Numbered from the stretch's first letter, positions 24,401-37,479 are shown. The stretch is 64,000 bases of DNA from Utricularia gibba (GCA_002189035.1 NEEC01000020.1:496001-560000), one strand, 5' to 3'. Program-made: numbers and translations. The notes: generated from the letters alone by a model not told the origin.

Positions 24401-25355
24401 TATTTCAACTTCTTTTCAGTTTCATAGAGGAACCAATATGACAGATACAACTTCTTACTTTCAGAAACATTTTGGAGTAAGAGCCATCAAGGATCACCCC
24501 AAAGAGCTCAACTCAGCTGTATATCTACAGGTTAGCATCATAAGCCAGGCTCTCATCTTTGTCACTCGATCCAGGAGCTGGTCATATGTCGAACGACCTG
24601 GTCTTCTGCTCGTAGCTGCGTTTCTGGCAGCACAACTTGTAAGCAGTTCACCTACAGGAACAAAATTTCAATGCCAACATTACATATTTCATTGATCAAT
24701 GCCAAATGTTTCTCCCTTATGCAGATTGCCACTATCATAGCTGCGTATGCAAATTGGGGATTTGCTAGAATCCAAGCGATAGGTTGGGGCTGGTGCGGTG
24801 TGATATGGCTCTACAATATCATCTTCTACATTCCTTTGGACATTTTCAAGTTCATCATCAAATATGCACTTAGTGGCAAGGCATGGAACCACATGATTGA
24901 AAACAAGGTAAAAGTTACCTCTTCTTCCCTGGGAAAAAACCAATATCCAGTTTGTAACTCCAGCATTCCTCCATTTGCATAGACTGCATTCACCTCAAAG
25001 AAGGACTACGGCCGAGGTGAAAGGGAGGCACAATGGGCCATGGCTCAACGAACTCTTCACGGACTTCAAACACCAGATACCTCCCAGCTCATGAATGACA
25101 AGAATAACTACAGCGAATTGTCTGTGTTAGCCGAACAAGCAATGAAACGTGCTGAGATTGCAAGGTTTTTACTTGCTTCAACTTGGAATTTCCTCATACT
25201 AGAGTCCATGCCATCATTTCATCAAAAACTAATGCATTTTCTTCTCTATATATGCTAGATTGAGAGAGCTGCATACACTCAAGGGGCATGTGGAATCTGT
25301 GGTGAAACTCAAGGGGCTGGACATCGACACCATCCAACAAAACTACACGGTTTAA
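21423..25355 (+). CDS. AHA: Plasma-membrane P3A H+-ATPase (AHA6/8/9-like), 14 exons, 955 aa
   Basis: Exons: 21423-21482, 21574-21693, 21770-21868, 21942-22079, 22164-22478, 22547-22873, 22955-23197, 23263-23367, 23444-23753, 23862-24376, 24465-24638, 24725-24907, 24983-25164, 25259-25355 (2868 nt). Motifs: TGES, the CSDKTGTLT phosphorylation site, [19 protein letters not shown] and a C-terminal 14-3-3 site (QQNYTV). [11 protein letters not shown] suggests the AHA9-type subfamily. Intron 2 has a GC donor. Confidence 0.96.
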
Positions 25356-25758
25356 TGGAGAGGACAATGAATCCAACGGAAAAGATAAAATAAACAAGAG
25401 AGGAGTAACAGAACCAAAGCGAAAGGATTTGGACAGGCAAAGCAAAAGGACTTGGGAAGATAAAGCCTTTCTCCTTGGGCATTTTTTTCTACGGCACTGC
25501 ACATCATTAGGTGCAAGGAAATAAGACCATCCAAGAGATGTGTTACTCCCAGGCATGTGATGGCTATCTTCTTCTTGTGAAACTCATTTGCGGTTGAGTA
25601 TATACCAATTTTGTTAGAAAAATATCATCTTTCCACTTCGTTCTTGATTCAAGTCATTTACCACTTGAGCTGCTACTCTTATTGCTTCCGTCAGCAACTT
25701 GAAAAAGGAAACTGAGGAACCCCATGTTTTTCAACATAATTTAAACTGAAGAAAAGAT

Positions 25759-26648
25759 TCAAGATCGAGGATTTGCTCGAGTGGATGGATCTTCCTTACG
25801 TTCAACTGCGATCATAAGAAAATAGCCGGCAACCCAGAGAGAGATGTAAATGGGAGGCGTCCAACGAAGGCAGGCTATCAAGCTCATGATGGATCCTACG
25901 TACTGAGGATCTCTGATCACTCCGAAGGGGAACTCCGTCACCCATGGGATGCTCTTCCCAAATCGAACCCCGTAGTAAGTCCCCGACTCGCCGAGGAGTT
26001 GGTACACCCTGCAATAACGTGAACATAGATCAAGTTGTGGATCGGTGCAACAGTGAACACCAATAACCCTGATACAAGCACATCCCTGGTGCTTAAAAGC
26101 CATGAACACCAATAACGTGAAGATTGTTAGAGAAAGGCATTTTTATGCAATTCTCTGTTAATTCCAGGAACCAGCCATGGGTACTTAAAAGCTACAGAAA
26201 CCAGCCAGAAAATGTTCAAACTTGCTGATTCATTGCCGAATCAAACCCATACAGATCGCTCACTATGCAGTTTCTTCACGATAAACCAAACTTTAACTAT
26301 AATTGAAATGCATCAATCAAGCTTTCGCCTCAAACCCCCTAAACCCTAGCACATCAAATTCGAAGACTTCACCATAGCAAATAAAGCAAAAATGGGCCAA
26401 AACCTGAAATTGAGAAATTGCCCAGCCAACATCAGGGGCCAAAAGTAGAACGGCGGAGGCCAAGAGAAGGTGGATACTGTAAAGAGCGATACGAATTGGA
26501 CGAGTTTCAGAAAATGTGATACCAGGGCCATCACAGAGGAGGGGTCACGTCTAGATCCGCAGAGATCAACCCATTTTTTAGGATTGTTCCACAGATAACA
26601 GAAAAACGGGAACGGAGAAACAATCCCTAAACATGCAAGAATCCCCAT
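25759..26648 (-). CDS. PLMT: Phospholipid N-methyltransferase (phosphatidyl-N-methylethanolamine N-methyltransferase), 2 exons, 164 aa
   Basis: Exons (minus strand): 26648-26404 and 26008-25759. The sequence WPPPFYFWPLMLAGQFLNFR|VYQLLGESGTYYGVRFGKSIPWVTEFPFGVIRDPQYVGSIMSL matches Arabidopsis PLMT (At1g80860) as recalled. Confidence 0.93.
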
Positions 26649-27249
26649 TTCTCCTTCTTCCTTGCAGGATCGCACCTTGACGAGCACAAGCTATGGTGGA
26701 AACTCTAACTGAAGGATGTTCTAAAGGAAATGCTTTTATTTATTTAAAGGAAATTTTTTCAATTTTCGATTTTCAAAATTGAGCATTGATTTTTTTTTCT
26801 TTTTTTTTATGTTCGATATACTAAGAAAGGGTTTGTCTGATATAATGTTTTAATTTATTCGATGTTAAATAAGAATGAGATTAATTTACATAAAAATAAA
26901 TGATTTAAAATATAAGTATATTAGTATTATTTAATAAGTATATTTATCAAAAAAAATTATAATTTTTTATATATAATATTACTAAAACGATCATAATAAA
27001 TAAATAATAAGTATAGTCTTATAATTTAAATTTTATGGGATTAACTATATCCACGTAGTATATGGGTTTGGATATCTAAATATATGATTAATATGTGTTA
27101 TTTAACGTAAACTCTATTATGAAACCTACGATAAGTGTGTTTTATAAACATGTGTAATCCGTACAATCCAACGTGGACTACTTACTATTTACGGAAGTGC
27201 TAGCTTCCACTATTCGCCTCCAAATTTGGAATGACATTTTCAACTTTGA

Positions 27250-27556
27250 ATTTCATTTCCATTTGAGGGTGTAGGGTATGCAAAAACATTAACTACAAAA
27301 CCCTAATCTTCAACACTATTGACAATGGCATAATTTCACTTGGATTTTCATTTCCATTTGAGGGTTTAGGGTTTGCAAAAATAGTAACTACAAAACCCTA
27401 ATCTGGAACACCATATTGACAATGGCATAATTTCACTTGGATTTTCATTTCCATTTGAGGGTTTAGGGTTTGCAAAAATAGTAATTAAAAAACCCTAATC
27501 TTGAGCACTATTGGCAATGGCCTAATTTTACTTGAAGTTTTAATTCCATTTGAGGG
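27250..27556. repeat. ~3.2 tandem copies of a 94-97 bp unit containing inverted telobox (AAACCCTAA) pairs
   Basis: ATTTCCATTTGAGGG recurs at ~27256, 27350, 27447 and ~27543. Copies 2 and 3 contain TTAGGGTTT-N18-AAACCCTAA (27366-27401 and 27463-27498). Confidence 0.92.
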
Positions 27557-27643
27557 AACGTTGTCCCGTCGTCCGTACATAAATACTCCACAAGGCGCAC
27601 TGTAACCAAGCATAAGTAGAAGAAGAAGAAGAAGAAAGAAGCA

Positions 27644-28165
27644 ATGGGCGCCCGTTCGTTTTGCTGCTCTGCCTTTTTTATCCTGGTCTTGTTCCGTACC
27701 TTAGAGGTCTCTGTAGGAGACGAGACCCAGGAGCTGATAACAAGCATTTGTAGGCAGACGGACAACGTGGATTTCTGCACGTCAATCTTCATGCATAACC
27801 TCCCCCATGCGAGGGTGGATATCAGGGACCTGACGCGGATCGCCGTCTCCCAGACGTTGTTCTTCACCTTGGACAATCTCCAGTACTTCACCCAGTCCAT
27901 GAACAACGAGGCCAACCCCCAGAAGAAGGGTCTCTACGCCGTCTGCAAGACGACGTACGCCGCCGTCGTAGACGAACTGCAGGACGCCACGCTGGCTCTC
28001 GCCGAGGGAAACTACCGAACCCTCCTGTTCGACCTGGGGAAATGCGATCGGCCGGTGAAGGATTGCCAGAAGGTTCTGGGTGGGGACCTGGGGGTTCTTA
28101 CAAGGAACAGACGCAGCATCACTCTCCTTAGAATGTCGCTTATATCGGGACAGATGCTGGAGTAA
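27644..28165 (+). CDS. Plant invertase / pectin methylesterase inhibitor (PMEI) superfamily protein, 173 aa, intronless
   Basis: It has a signal peptide and four Cys in the PMEI-family pattern (ITSICRQTDNVDFCTSIF ... YAVCKTTY ... VKDCQ). A TATA-like TACATAAATA lies at ~27576. Confidence 0.88.
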   Translation: MGARSFCCSAFFILVLFRTLEVSVGDETQELITSICRQTDNVDFCTSIFMHNLPHARVDIRDLTRIAVSQTLFFTLDNLQYFTQSMNNEANPQKKGLYAVCKTTYAAVVDELQDATLALAEGNYRTLLFDLGKCDRPVKDCQKVLGGDLGVLTRNRRSITLLRMSLISGQMLE

Positions 28166-28848
28166 CAACGCCGGTAATCATAATCACCACATGATCAGAG
28201 AGCATTCAGGCTCAGTGTCCTCTCTTGTTTACGTGTTAGTTCTCATTTGCATGCATGCGAGAACGCCAACCCATTCCATTGTTTGGTCGGATTATATTTG
28301 ATTGGAATAAGCATTATAAATTATAACGTGAGTTTAAATAAACTTAGAATTATCGAACCGTTCCTTTTTAAAAAATTGAAAGCTATCGAACCGTGATTAA
28401 CAATAATGGAATCATGATTGATTATAATTTATTTTGTGTTTTGTAAAATGTTATTTGTTAACAATTAATCAGTTTTTACAATTTTTAACTATTTAATATA
28501 AATTTTATAGTATATTAATCATCTATTTTCTATATGAAATTTTTATTACAAATACAAAAAGAAAATCTCGTGAAAGCAGTGTTGTCCAAATGGGTTTCGG
28601 ATCTTACGAATTTGATAAAGATGGGCCACTGGGCCTAAGCTGTAGGTTTCTTTTTTCAATGGCATAGGCCCACTTAGGACGAACAATGTAGTATATACAT
28701 TAGTATTTTATTCTTCATATAATTGATCTCTATTATTTCGAATAACGAACATATTTAATTCAATAATTTTGGCATATTAATCAAATTAGTTCTCAATATT
28801 TTATAGAAAAATTTGTAAAAATAACACCTCAACTTTTAGTCAGAGTTT

Positions 28849-29167
28849 AACCTCCAAATTTCAAAATTGTAAAAAAAAAAAAAAACAGTTTAAGTTGTTA
28901 CATCTGTTTAACGAAAACCCAAAAAAATTTTAAAATTTTTAAAAAGTGATCAAACATAAGATATTAAGTATGCAATGAATACCTAGAAATGATAAATTAA
29001 AAATGAGAGATTAAATATATAAAAAAATATCAAAACAATTGTCAAAACAATACAATGAAGATTCAAATATAAGGGGTTAAATATAAAACTTCATAAATTG
29101 AGGGACAAACTGTTTATAAAAAATGTAAATTAAAGGGTCTATAATACAATTTTAAAACTTGAAGATT
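28849..29167. mobile_element. Possible decayed non-autonomous foldback/MULE-like element (imperfect terminal inverted repeats)
   Basis: AACCTCCAAATTTCAAAATTGTA (28849-28871) is the reverse complement of TACAATTTTAAAACTTGAAGATT (29145-29167) at 19/23 positions, and all mismatches are transitions. There is also an inner AAACAGTTT/AAACTGTTT pair. I did not identify a TSD. Confidence 0.3.
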
Positions 29168-32100
29168 AGATTCTTTATATTAAATGTAACTTGTGCTGCC
29201 ATCGACAAACTTCACGCTTATTTTATATCACAAGTCGTTTTTATCTAAACTGTTTAAATATCAGACATAATTAGTTTTTTCTATTTGAAAACCGAACACA
29301 TTTAGTTTCCAACTTAAATCGACGTCATAAATCCCTATTATTTTTCATAATATCAACCCCACCGGTTGGGCGGGTGGGCGACAGGCAGTGGGCAAGTAGC
29401 CAAGCAATGGGGTGATAGGCAGTAGGTGAGTGGTGGTAGACAATAATATTTGAGATAAAAAAAATTATGATTTGATAATGAGAATCAATTTTTATATTAT
29501 TAAAATAATAATAGCTATTTTATGTCAAATTGTGAATTGAAACAATAGACAGTAATTTTATAGGGATTAAAAATACCAATTTTATAGATAGTATCGATCT
29601 TATATTTTAAATAATGAAAATGAATAATCATATATTGAAAAACAATTATGTTATTTGGACAAACAGTGATAGTTATACATTTAAATTTACTTATGATATA
29701 TTTTATGAATTGCTTATTTATGTTATGATATTACATTTTATTCTATATTTTTCCATACTTTTAATAGTTTTCATTCTAAAATTGATCTCATTATTTTCTA
29801 TTTCATGTGTTTAATATTATTTATCATATTATTAACAAATTATGTCAGTTTTTTATACTTGGAATTCATAATAATAATAATATTGTTTTTATCATTGGTT
29901 GTGAAGGGATACGATCACAATAATTAAAAATTGATTACCATACTAATGAGTGGCATTAATTTGTCATTATTTTCATATATTTTATTTCATATTGCACATA
30001 AATTAATAAATTACAAAAAAAATTTAAATTATAGCTAAGTGTGATAGTGAATTTTCAACAACAATAATAGTATTAATAAAATAATGCTGATGGTCACAAG
30101 GAACCATATTACTTAATATTAGAAGTTTTTTATGGAGCCAATATCCAAAAATATAATAAATAAAAAAGGAAAAAAATATTAGTTGATACCTGATAGCTAA
30201 GTGCCTTTTGGTAATTATTGAATAAAATGACACACCTGCAAGTTTTTGTTTCTAAAATTGGTATTAAATTCATCATACTCAATATACAAAAAAATTATAT
30301 TGTGTGTATATTATGACATTTAATATTTTTAATTTCAATTTGATATTATTATTTTTTATAATATAATTTAGAAGTTTTGGAAACAAAACGTTGCATTTTT
30401 TTAAATACCTACACCCATATTTTTTATTCTTTCTCAAATGGAAATCATTAGAATATGATTAATTGTATTATTGAGCAATGATATCATTTTTAATATTAAG
30501 CATAATGTTGATAATATTTTTTTATTTTATAGGTGATTATAAATGAAAAAAAGTTATAGTTGAAAATTATTTAACATTTATTGATTAATATATGACAAGA
30601 AAATATGTTATTTAATTTGACAAATAAATTAGTAATTATTAGGTTAAATTGTAAATTAATATAATTTTAAATTTTGAAAATAAAAATGTCATGTTTTCCA
30701 ATTAACTTAGTACCTTGGGGTGATTGCAATGTAAGGGAGTTTTGTTTGATCTAAATGAAGACATTAGGGTAATATGCCATTAATTACGCCAATTACTAAC
30801 TTTTAATTTTTGCATCTTACATTAAACTCTAAGTCCTATCTCTTGACTCATCTAAACACTATTTAAACACATATACCAAGTGCTATTATAAGTGTGCATT
30901 GGGTGTTAGGAAAACAAAAAAAAAACAAATTATGAAATTTATAGAATTGAAATGTATAGAAATTTGCTATATACAGGATATGGAAAAATTACCAAAATAC
31001 TGAAATTAGTATTTAAATATATATGTATAAAAGAACATTTAATAATTCATTTTTTAAAAGAAAATATTATATGGATTCCAAAAACTAAAAATTTATGCTA
31101 TTTCATAACTTCGAAATAAAAAAAATTAAGTTGAATTGATTGTCCATTGACATAATGCTAATAAATTCTCCTTTTTTATGTCACATTCATGCTTTAATTT
31201 TAATGTAGAAATTAAGTTTTGGGATCTCAGAAATAATCTCATTTACATTAATTTAATCTTTTTTTCATTTGTTATAATTTGAAAACCAAAGTTGCTACAT
31301 CCATTTTTAATGAAAAAAAAAATAATCTATTTGCTAAATTATCATTATTTGAAAAGGAGAATAACAGGGTGTTTGGTTTATAGAATTATGATAACGAAAT
31401 AAAATTTATTTGGATTTAAAGAAATTTGATATATCATTATTTTTTAATTTCATATAATTAATAGGTAAAACATGGTAGATTATGTAAAGGAAGTAGTGAG
31501 TGATGTAAGTTTAAATAAACTCACCTCTATAAGATTAAGCAAATCCCTTATAATCTCGAATTTATTTAAATCTATAAAGTAAATATAATATAATTTATAA
31601 TAGGGAGGGGTAGTAATGTTTTTTGAAATAATGGGAATAACAAATTCATCTAGTAAATGAGTTTATATTTTATATATGGATTAACAAATAAAAAATCTTA
31701 AAATATCTAATCTCTCATCAAACTCATAATTAACATATGACATAAAACCCTAATGAAAAACTTTATGCACCCTCATAGAAAAGAAGGAAATGGGAGTGCT
31801 TTGTGTTTAAATTTTCTAAATAATTTAAATTAATAATCAAAATAATTTTACATAACTATGTCTAGCATAATCAGATAAATCTACTAAACACATGCTAAGT
31901 TTAAATCCGCAAACTTCATTTTATTTTAAAATATAATTTAGAGTATTTTACAAATGTATTTTATAAAATATGTATTTAATTTGAAATTACATCTAATAAA
32001 GAAATGGAGGTTTGAATAGAAAAAAAATATATGTGGGATCACTTTGGTGCTCTCTGACCCACGCTACCACGGGGAGAATTAATTTGTTGGAATGGGCGAA

Positions 32101-34670
32101 TACCATGATGTAATAAATAATATTTTTTTATAATAACAAAAAATTATTTTTTTTTCTTGCCCTATGAGTAATGTGTGCAAATATCTATAAAAAATCAATT
32201 TTTATATGTGCAGCTTTCAATGGATGAATTAGAAAAGTGGTTATATATCAAATATTTTGTAAAAAAATTGATCATTTATGTGTAATTTTTTGGTTTAATT
32301 GTGTAATAAAAAAAGTGTCAAGTGATCATTTTTTTTAAATGACTCATTATCAATTGTCTCACTTCTTTCTCTAGTTACCATTACCTCTAGCCTCTGAATT
32401 TGCATTTATTTTTCATAATATTTGCATAAATCTAATTTAATTCAATATAAAAAAAATCAATTCAAAATTATAATAAATCATATAATAGCGATTCATACAT
32501 AATGATACATTAAACTAAAAAATTAATATTAAGGATTCTTATTTTTCTCACAAACATTTCACCAATTTTCTAAATGGTCCACGTTCATGTAATTAGGGTT
32601 TTTTTTGTTCTAAAAAAAATAACCGAATATTTAGAATAAAACAGAAAATGTATGATAATTACAGGTGTCAGGTGCTGGGGAAGGCAGCTCTAACAACTAG
32701 CTCTCAACTGTCACGTGCGAGATTTAAATGTAGATGACATCTGAGCATTTGCAACGAATACGCCATGGTAGTGATAAGATTTTCTAGATCTCGCCCCAAA
32801 CTCTCTGAATTTTAGGTTTTGACCCCAATAGTTTTCAAAATTACGTGAGTATCATTCATAATTCTTTTTTAAATTTCGTAGTGCTGATGTCAAATGAAAT
32901 TAAATAAAAATTTGAGAAAAAGAGGCCCATGATAAAAATGATTGATATTTATTGTGTCAAATTTGGTGTCATTTTGAAAAAGAAAAGAATGTGTCCTTGT
33001 TTGTAAAATGATAACAATATTGTACTTGATTAGTATTTATGGAATCAATGCACTTTCTCATTTGTGATAAAAGATAAAGATGGTTTATATCTATTCCAAC
33101 CTTAAAAGTATTTTTTCACTAACTACTTAATTTTATTCTTTAAATATTTCAAAAATAATTTTATTACAAAACACGTTCGATTTACGTTTTAAAAAGATCA
33201 TGAATCTAGAAGTGATTCTTAAAAAGTTATAAGAACTCAACTTCTATTTTATTAAAATCATTTTTATTCTAATATTTTTTAAAAACGAATATCAATATTT
33301 GATAACGGAATTATTTAATCTAATCCAAAAAACTCTAATAGTATTTTTTTAATAATCGTTTTCAAAAAATAAAAATTTAATTTTCTAGAAATTTAATAAA
33401 ACAAAAGTTGGATCCTTACAATTTTTTAAAAATAGAAAAATACTTCTACATTTTTTTAAATATAAATCATAATTTATAATAATTTTTTTTTAAAACGTAC
33501 AGAGTGGGGAGTCACCCATTACAAGACATGGGTTACATTTATTAATGTACATATTTTAATTGTTATCCGAAATAAAAAAGCACTTACTCTATCACGTGTG
33601 TAAATATTTTATGTTACTAAAAGAAAAAAATAAAGTTCCAGATTTAAACTTCTTTCCAAATTCGTCTTTCTAATTTAATATAAAAATTCTATCATGAGTT
33701 CAATTTAGAGTTAGATTCAGTTAGATAATGAATTTAATTTTTTTAATGACAATTTTCATTTTTCTGAATAAGAAATATAATTAAGAATAAATTTAGATTT
33801 CTTAACACATTCTGATATTAGTTACAACTACCAATGTTTAAAATAATGCACCCCCAACTGACAACTGTCCATCTAATTGACTTGTGGTTAAAGGGGTCAA
33901 ATGAAGATTTTCTCTTTTATTATATTTTATTATTTTTTTAAAAAGCATTTTGGGGGCCGGGCATCGGTCCTAACTACCTTTATAAACAACGTGTTGGACC
34001 ATTTTGTCATGATGCCCATTTTGTGGGCATTATGACATCCTGCACTGTCAAAATCCACCCTTTTTCCGGTTGTTAATCTGTATTATCAAGAAATATGGTG
34101 AAAAGAAAAACATTAGAGAATCAGGCTCCAATGTGAAATCGACCCACGTGCAAATCGCTTCATATTCAATGTGGGTTGTTCTGAATCCAGTACATGATAC
34201 GGAAGGATGATGGTTGTTAACTTCTTTATTTTGTAGACGAGTTTTCTTTTTCTTTTTTTTTTTTTTGAGGATGAATGGGGAGGAATCCGAAAGCACAGTA
34301 GAAATGGATATGCAAGATCTCAGCTGAAGAGGTGGAAAGTTTTTGCCAAAAGCAATTGTTACTCTCTGGCGTTTGGGGTTGGGGTTGCAAGTAAAGCTGT
34401 TGCGGGCGTAATCTGCTTGTCTCGAGTCGCTTTCTTGGCTTTAAATGCTATCTCCTCGCTTCCCACCCACCTCAAGCCAACTTGCTCTAGTCCAAGAAAG
34501 AAGGCCTTTTGATCATCTGAGAATCTGCATTCAGTTGTTTCTGAGGAGTAGTAGCTCTGAGGAAACCCGACTTGCATATATTGTGGGTCTTTTTCCAATT
34601 TATTTCCTTGTTTCTTCATCTTTAGATTGTTTCTGTTGCTGCCCATTTTTCCCAGAAATCAGGAAAGGGA

Positions 34671-37479
34671 ATGAACATGGAGAAAGGTGAGATTTGTGGG
34701 ACAAGGGAGGCTCCTTTGTTCTCTTGGCCATGGGAGAATTTGGGTAAATTCAAGGCAAGGGAGCAAAACCCCTTTTCATCTTCTGTTCCTCTGTTCTTTA
34801 TTTTTTTAATGGTTTATTCTGTACTTTTCTGATTTCATTTTGGGTTTCTGGAGCAGTATTTGCTGTATGCGCCTTTGGTTGCAAAAGTTGGGTATGGGTA
34901 TCACAGGGGAGAACTCAGTGATGGAGACTGGTGCTTCCATGTTCTCAACTTGCTTTGTCTCAGGGCTTTAGTTCATCAGCTTTGGAGCTCATTTTCCTGT
35001 ATGTATTTCCTGAATCGAGCACGAAGAATCGACCAGAGAGGAATTGAATACAATCAAATCGACACAGAATGGCATTGGTACATTGCTTGGCTTTATGTTA
35101 AAGTTTTTCCCTTTTTGGTAAAAGTTTGATGCTCATTTCTGTGATACAAACTCAATGATTGTGCTCTACAACTGAACAGGGATAGCTTCTTCATCCTCCA
35201 TGCTGCACTTGCTGCATTCCTTATCTTGAGTTTCCCTTCCTTGGCAAACATACCCATCTGGGATTTCAGGGGTTTCTTCTGCTGCTTCATTCTCCACACA
35301 GTAATCTCTGAGCCTCTCTACTATTGGCTGCACAGACTGCTGCATACTTCTGATCTGTTTTCTAAATATCATTGGCTTCATCATAGCTCCAAAGTTATTC
35401 ATCCCTTCACAGGTGAAGGCTAAGGAGATTTGTTGTTTTCTGCACTATTTCGATTGTGGGGCCAAAGGTTTCCTGATGATTGCTTCTTTATGTGCCTTTG
35501 ATTGCAGCTGAGCATCTAACTTACTTTGAACACCTACTGCTCTGTGTTGTTGTTGGTATTCCATTGTTGGGAACCACTGCAATTGGTTACGGTTCAAGAA
35601 GCCTGATGTATGGCTATCTTCTGGTTTTCGACTTCCTCCGGTGTTTGGGGTACTCGAACGTCGAGTTCTTTCCAAGCCAGATCTTTGATGCCTTTCCTGT
35701 CCTGAAGCATCTTATCTCCACGCCAACGTACGTAGGCACTTTCATCTGAAACCTGTTGAACACAGAGATGCTGATGGTCTGTTACATGGTTTCATTTTGC
35801 AGATATCACAGCCTTCACCATTGGGAGATGAACTCCAACTTTTGCCTGTTCATGCCATTCTTTGATGAGCTGTGGAAGACGCAGAATCCGAAATCTTGGG
35901 AGCTGCAGAGAGAGTTCAGTTCAAGAAAAAGTGAGTTTCCTCTCCTTGAGTTGCTAAGTGATTTCAGCTGCCTAAGATACATTCCCAAATCAAACTGCAG
36001 CCACCAGAGTACCGGATTTCGTGTTTCTTGCCCATGTCGTCGATGTTATGTCATCAATACATAATTCGTTTGTGCTCCGATCCTTCCACTCGATACCCTT
36101 CAGTTTTAAGCCATATCTCCTCACATACTGGCCTGGCTCATATGTTACAATGCTGTTGATGTGGGCGAAGTCAAAGACATTCCTGTTCTCCTTCTACTAT
36201 CTCCGGGGAAATTTGTGCCAGACATGGATTGTGCCTAGATATGGTTTCCAGGTGAAGCTCTTTCTTCTCCTTGTCACTCGGAAGACGAATCAAAACCAGT
36301 TAACAGCATTGTGTCCTGTTCCCAGTACTTCCTGCCTTTTGCTAAAAAGGGGATAAACAAGCAGATAGAGGATGCCATTCTTAGAGCAGATAAACTTGGA
36401 GTGAAGGTCATCAGTCTTGCTGCGCTGAATAAGGTGAAGAAGTCCTCACCTTCATCTCACATGTACAGCAGGCATGCTCATTGCACTCAGTGATTTGATT
36501 GCAGAACGAAGCTCTGAACGGAGGTGGAGTGCTCTTCACAAACAAGCATCCAGACCTCAAAGTGAGAGTCTGCCATGGAAACACACTCACAGCTGCTGTT
36601 ATCTTGAACGATATCCCAAAAGAAGTTGATGAAGTATTCTTGACTGGGGCTACGTCTAAGCTGGGGAGGGCGATCGCTCTTTATCTTGCTCGTCGAAAGG
36701 TCAAAGTTATGGTGAGGACAGAAGAAACACTGACATTCTGAATCCAGCTGATTCACGAATAAATCTGCAACCTGTGTTTAAAATGTGTTCTCTTTCATTG
36801 CAGATGCTTACGACGTCGGCTGAGAGATTCACCAAGATTCAGAAAGAAGCACCACCTGAGTACCAGATGTATTTGGTCCAAGTTACCAAGTATCAGGCTG
36901 CCAAGCACTGCAAGGTAACAACACCATGGTTATGTTTGTTTCAGAAGGGTGTTTAACCGGAATTTGAGTATCAAAAGAGCGACTGAGATTCAGAAACTCA
37001 CCTAAGAGTACTGGAAAATAATTTTCAGACATGGATCCTCGGAAAATGGGCGACACCACAAGAACAATACGTTGCTCCCTCAGGAACACACTTCCACCAG
37101 TTTGTAGTTCCACCGGTGCTTCCATTCAGACGTGACTGTACATACGGGAACCTGGCTGCAATCAGGCTGCCAGAAGATGTTGAAGGGCTTGGCTCTTGTG
37201 AGGTACTCACACATGCACCACTCCTTATGCTCGCTATTCATGCTAGAGACGGGCATAGCACGCACCGACTGATTGCCATGCAAACTGAAACTGTTCCATC
37301 TGTGTGTTGAATTCTATCAGTATATGCTCAGACGAGGAGTTGTCCATGCTTGCCATGCCGGGGGGCTGGTTCACTTCCTTGAAGGGTGGAAGCACCATGA
37401 AGTTGGAGCCATTAATGTCGACCAGATTGATGTTGTCTGGGAGGCTGCACTCAGGCATGGCCTCAGACCTGTAGCATGA
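34671..37479 (+). CDS. CER3: ECERIFERUM3/WAX2-family very-long-chain alkane/aldehyde biosynthesis protein, 11 exons, ~631 aa
   Basis: Exons: 34671-34754, 34857-35077, 35180-35412, 35508-35727, 35803-35930, 36001-36251, 36326-36433, 36505-36711, 36804-36914, 37029-37202, 37321-37479. It has WPWENLG, His boxes HRLLH/HWLHH/HSLHH and a C-terminal WAX2 domain ([41 protein letters not shown]). Intron 1 needs a GC donor. An alternative in-frame ATG is at 34677. Confidence 0.94.

Noticed and set aside
26009-26112. Alternative N-terminus of PLMT from an intronic in-frame ORF (MVFMAFKHQG...)
   Set aside because: The first codon is a non-ATG start, it lies inside the intron and it lacks the conserved first transmembrane half.
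3624-37479. PG, AHA9-like, PMEI and CER3 as a pollen or cell-surface functional gene cluster
   Set aside because: Unrelated housekeeping genes are interspersed, there is no shared pathway logic or visible shared motif, and no expression data are available.
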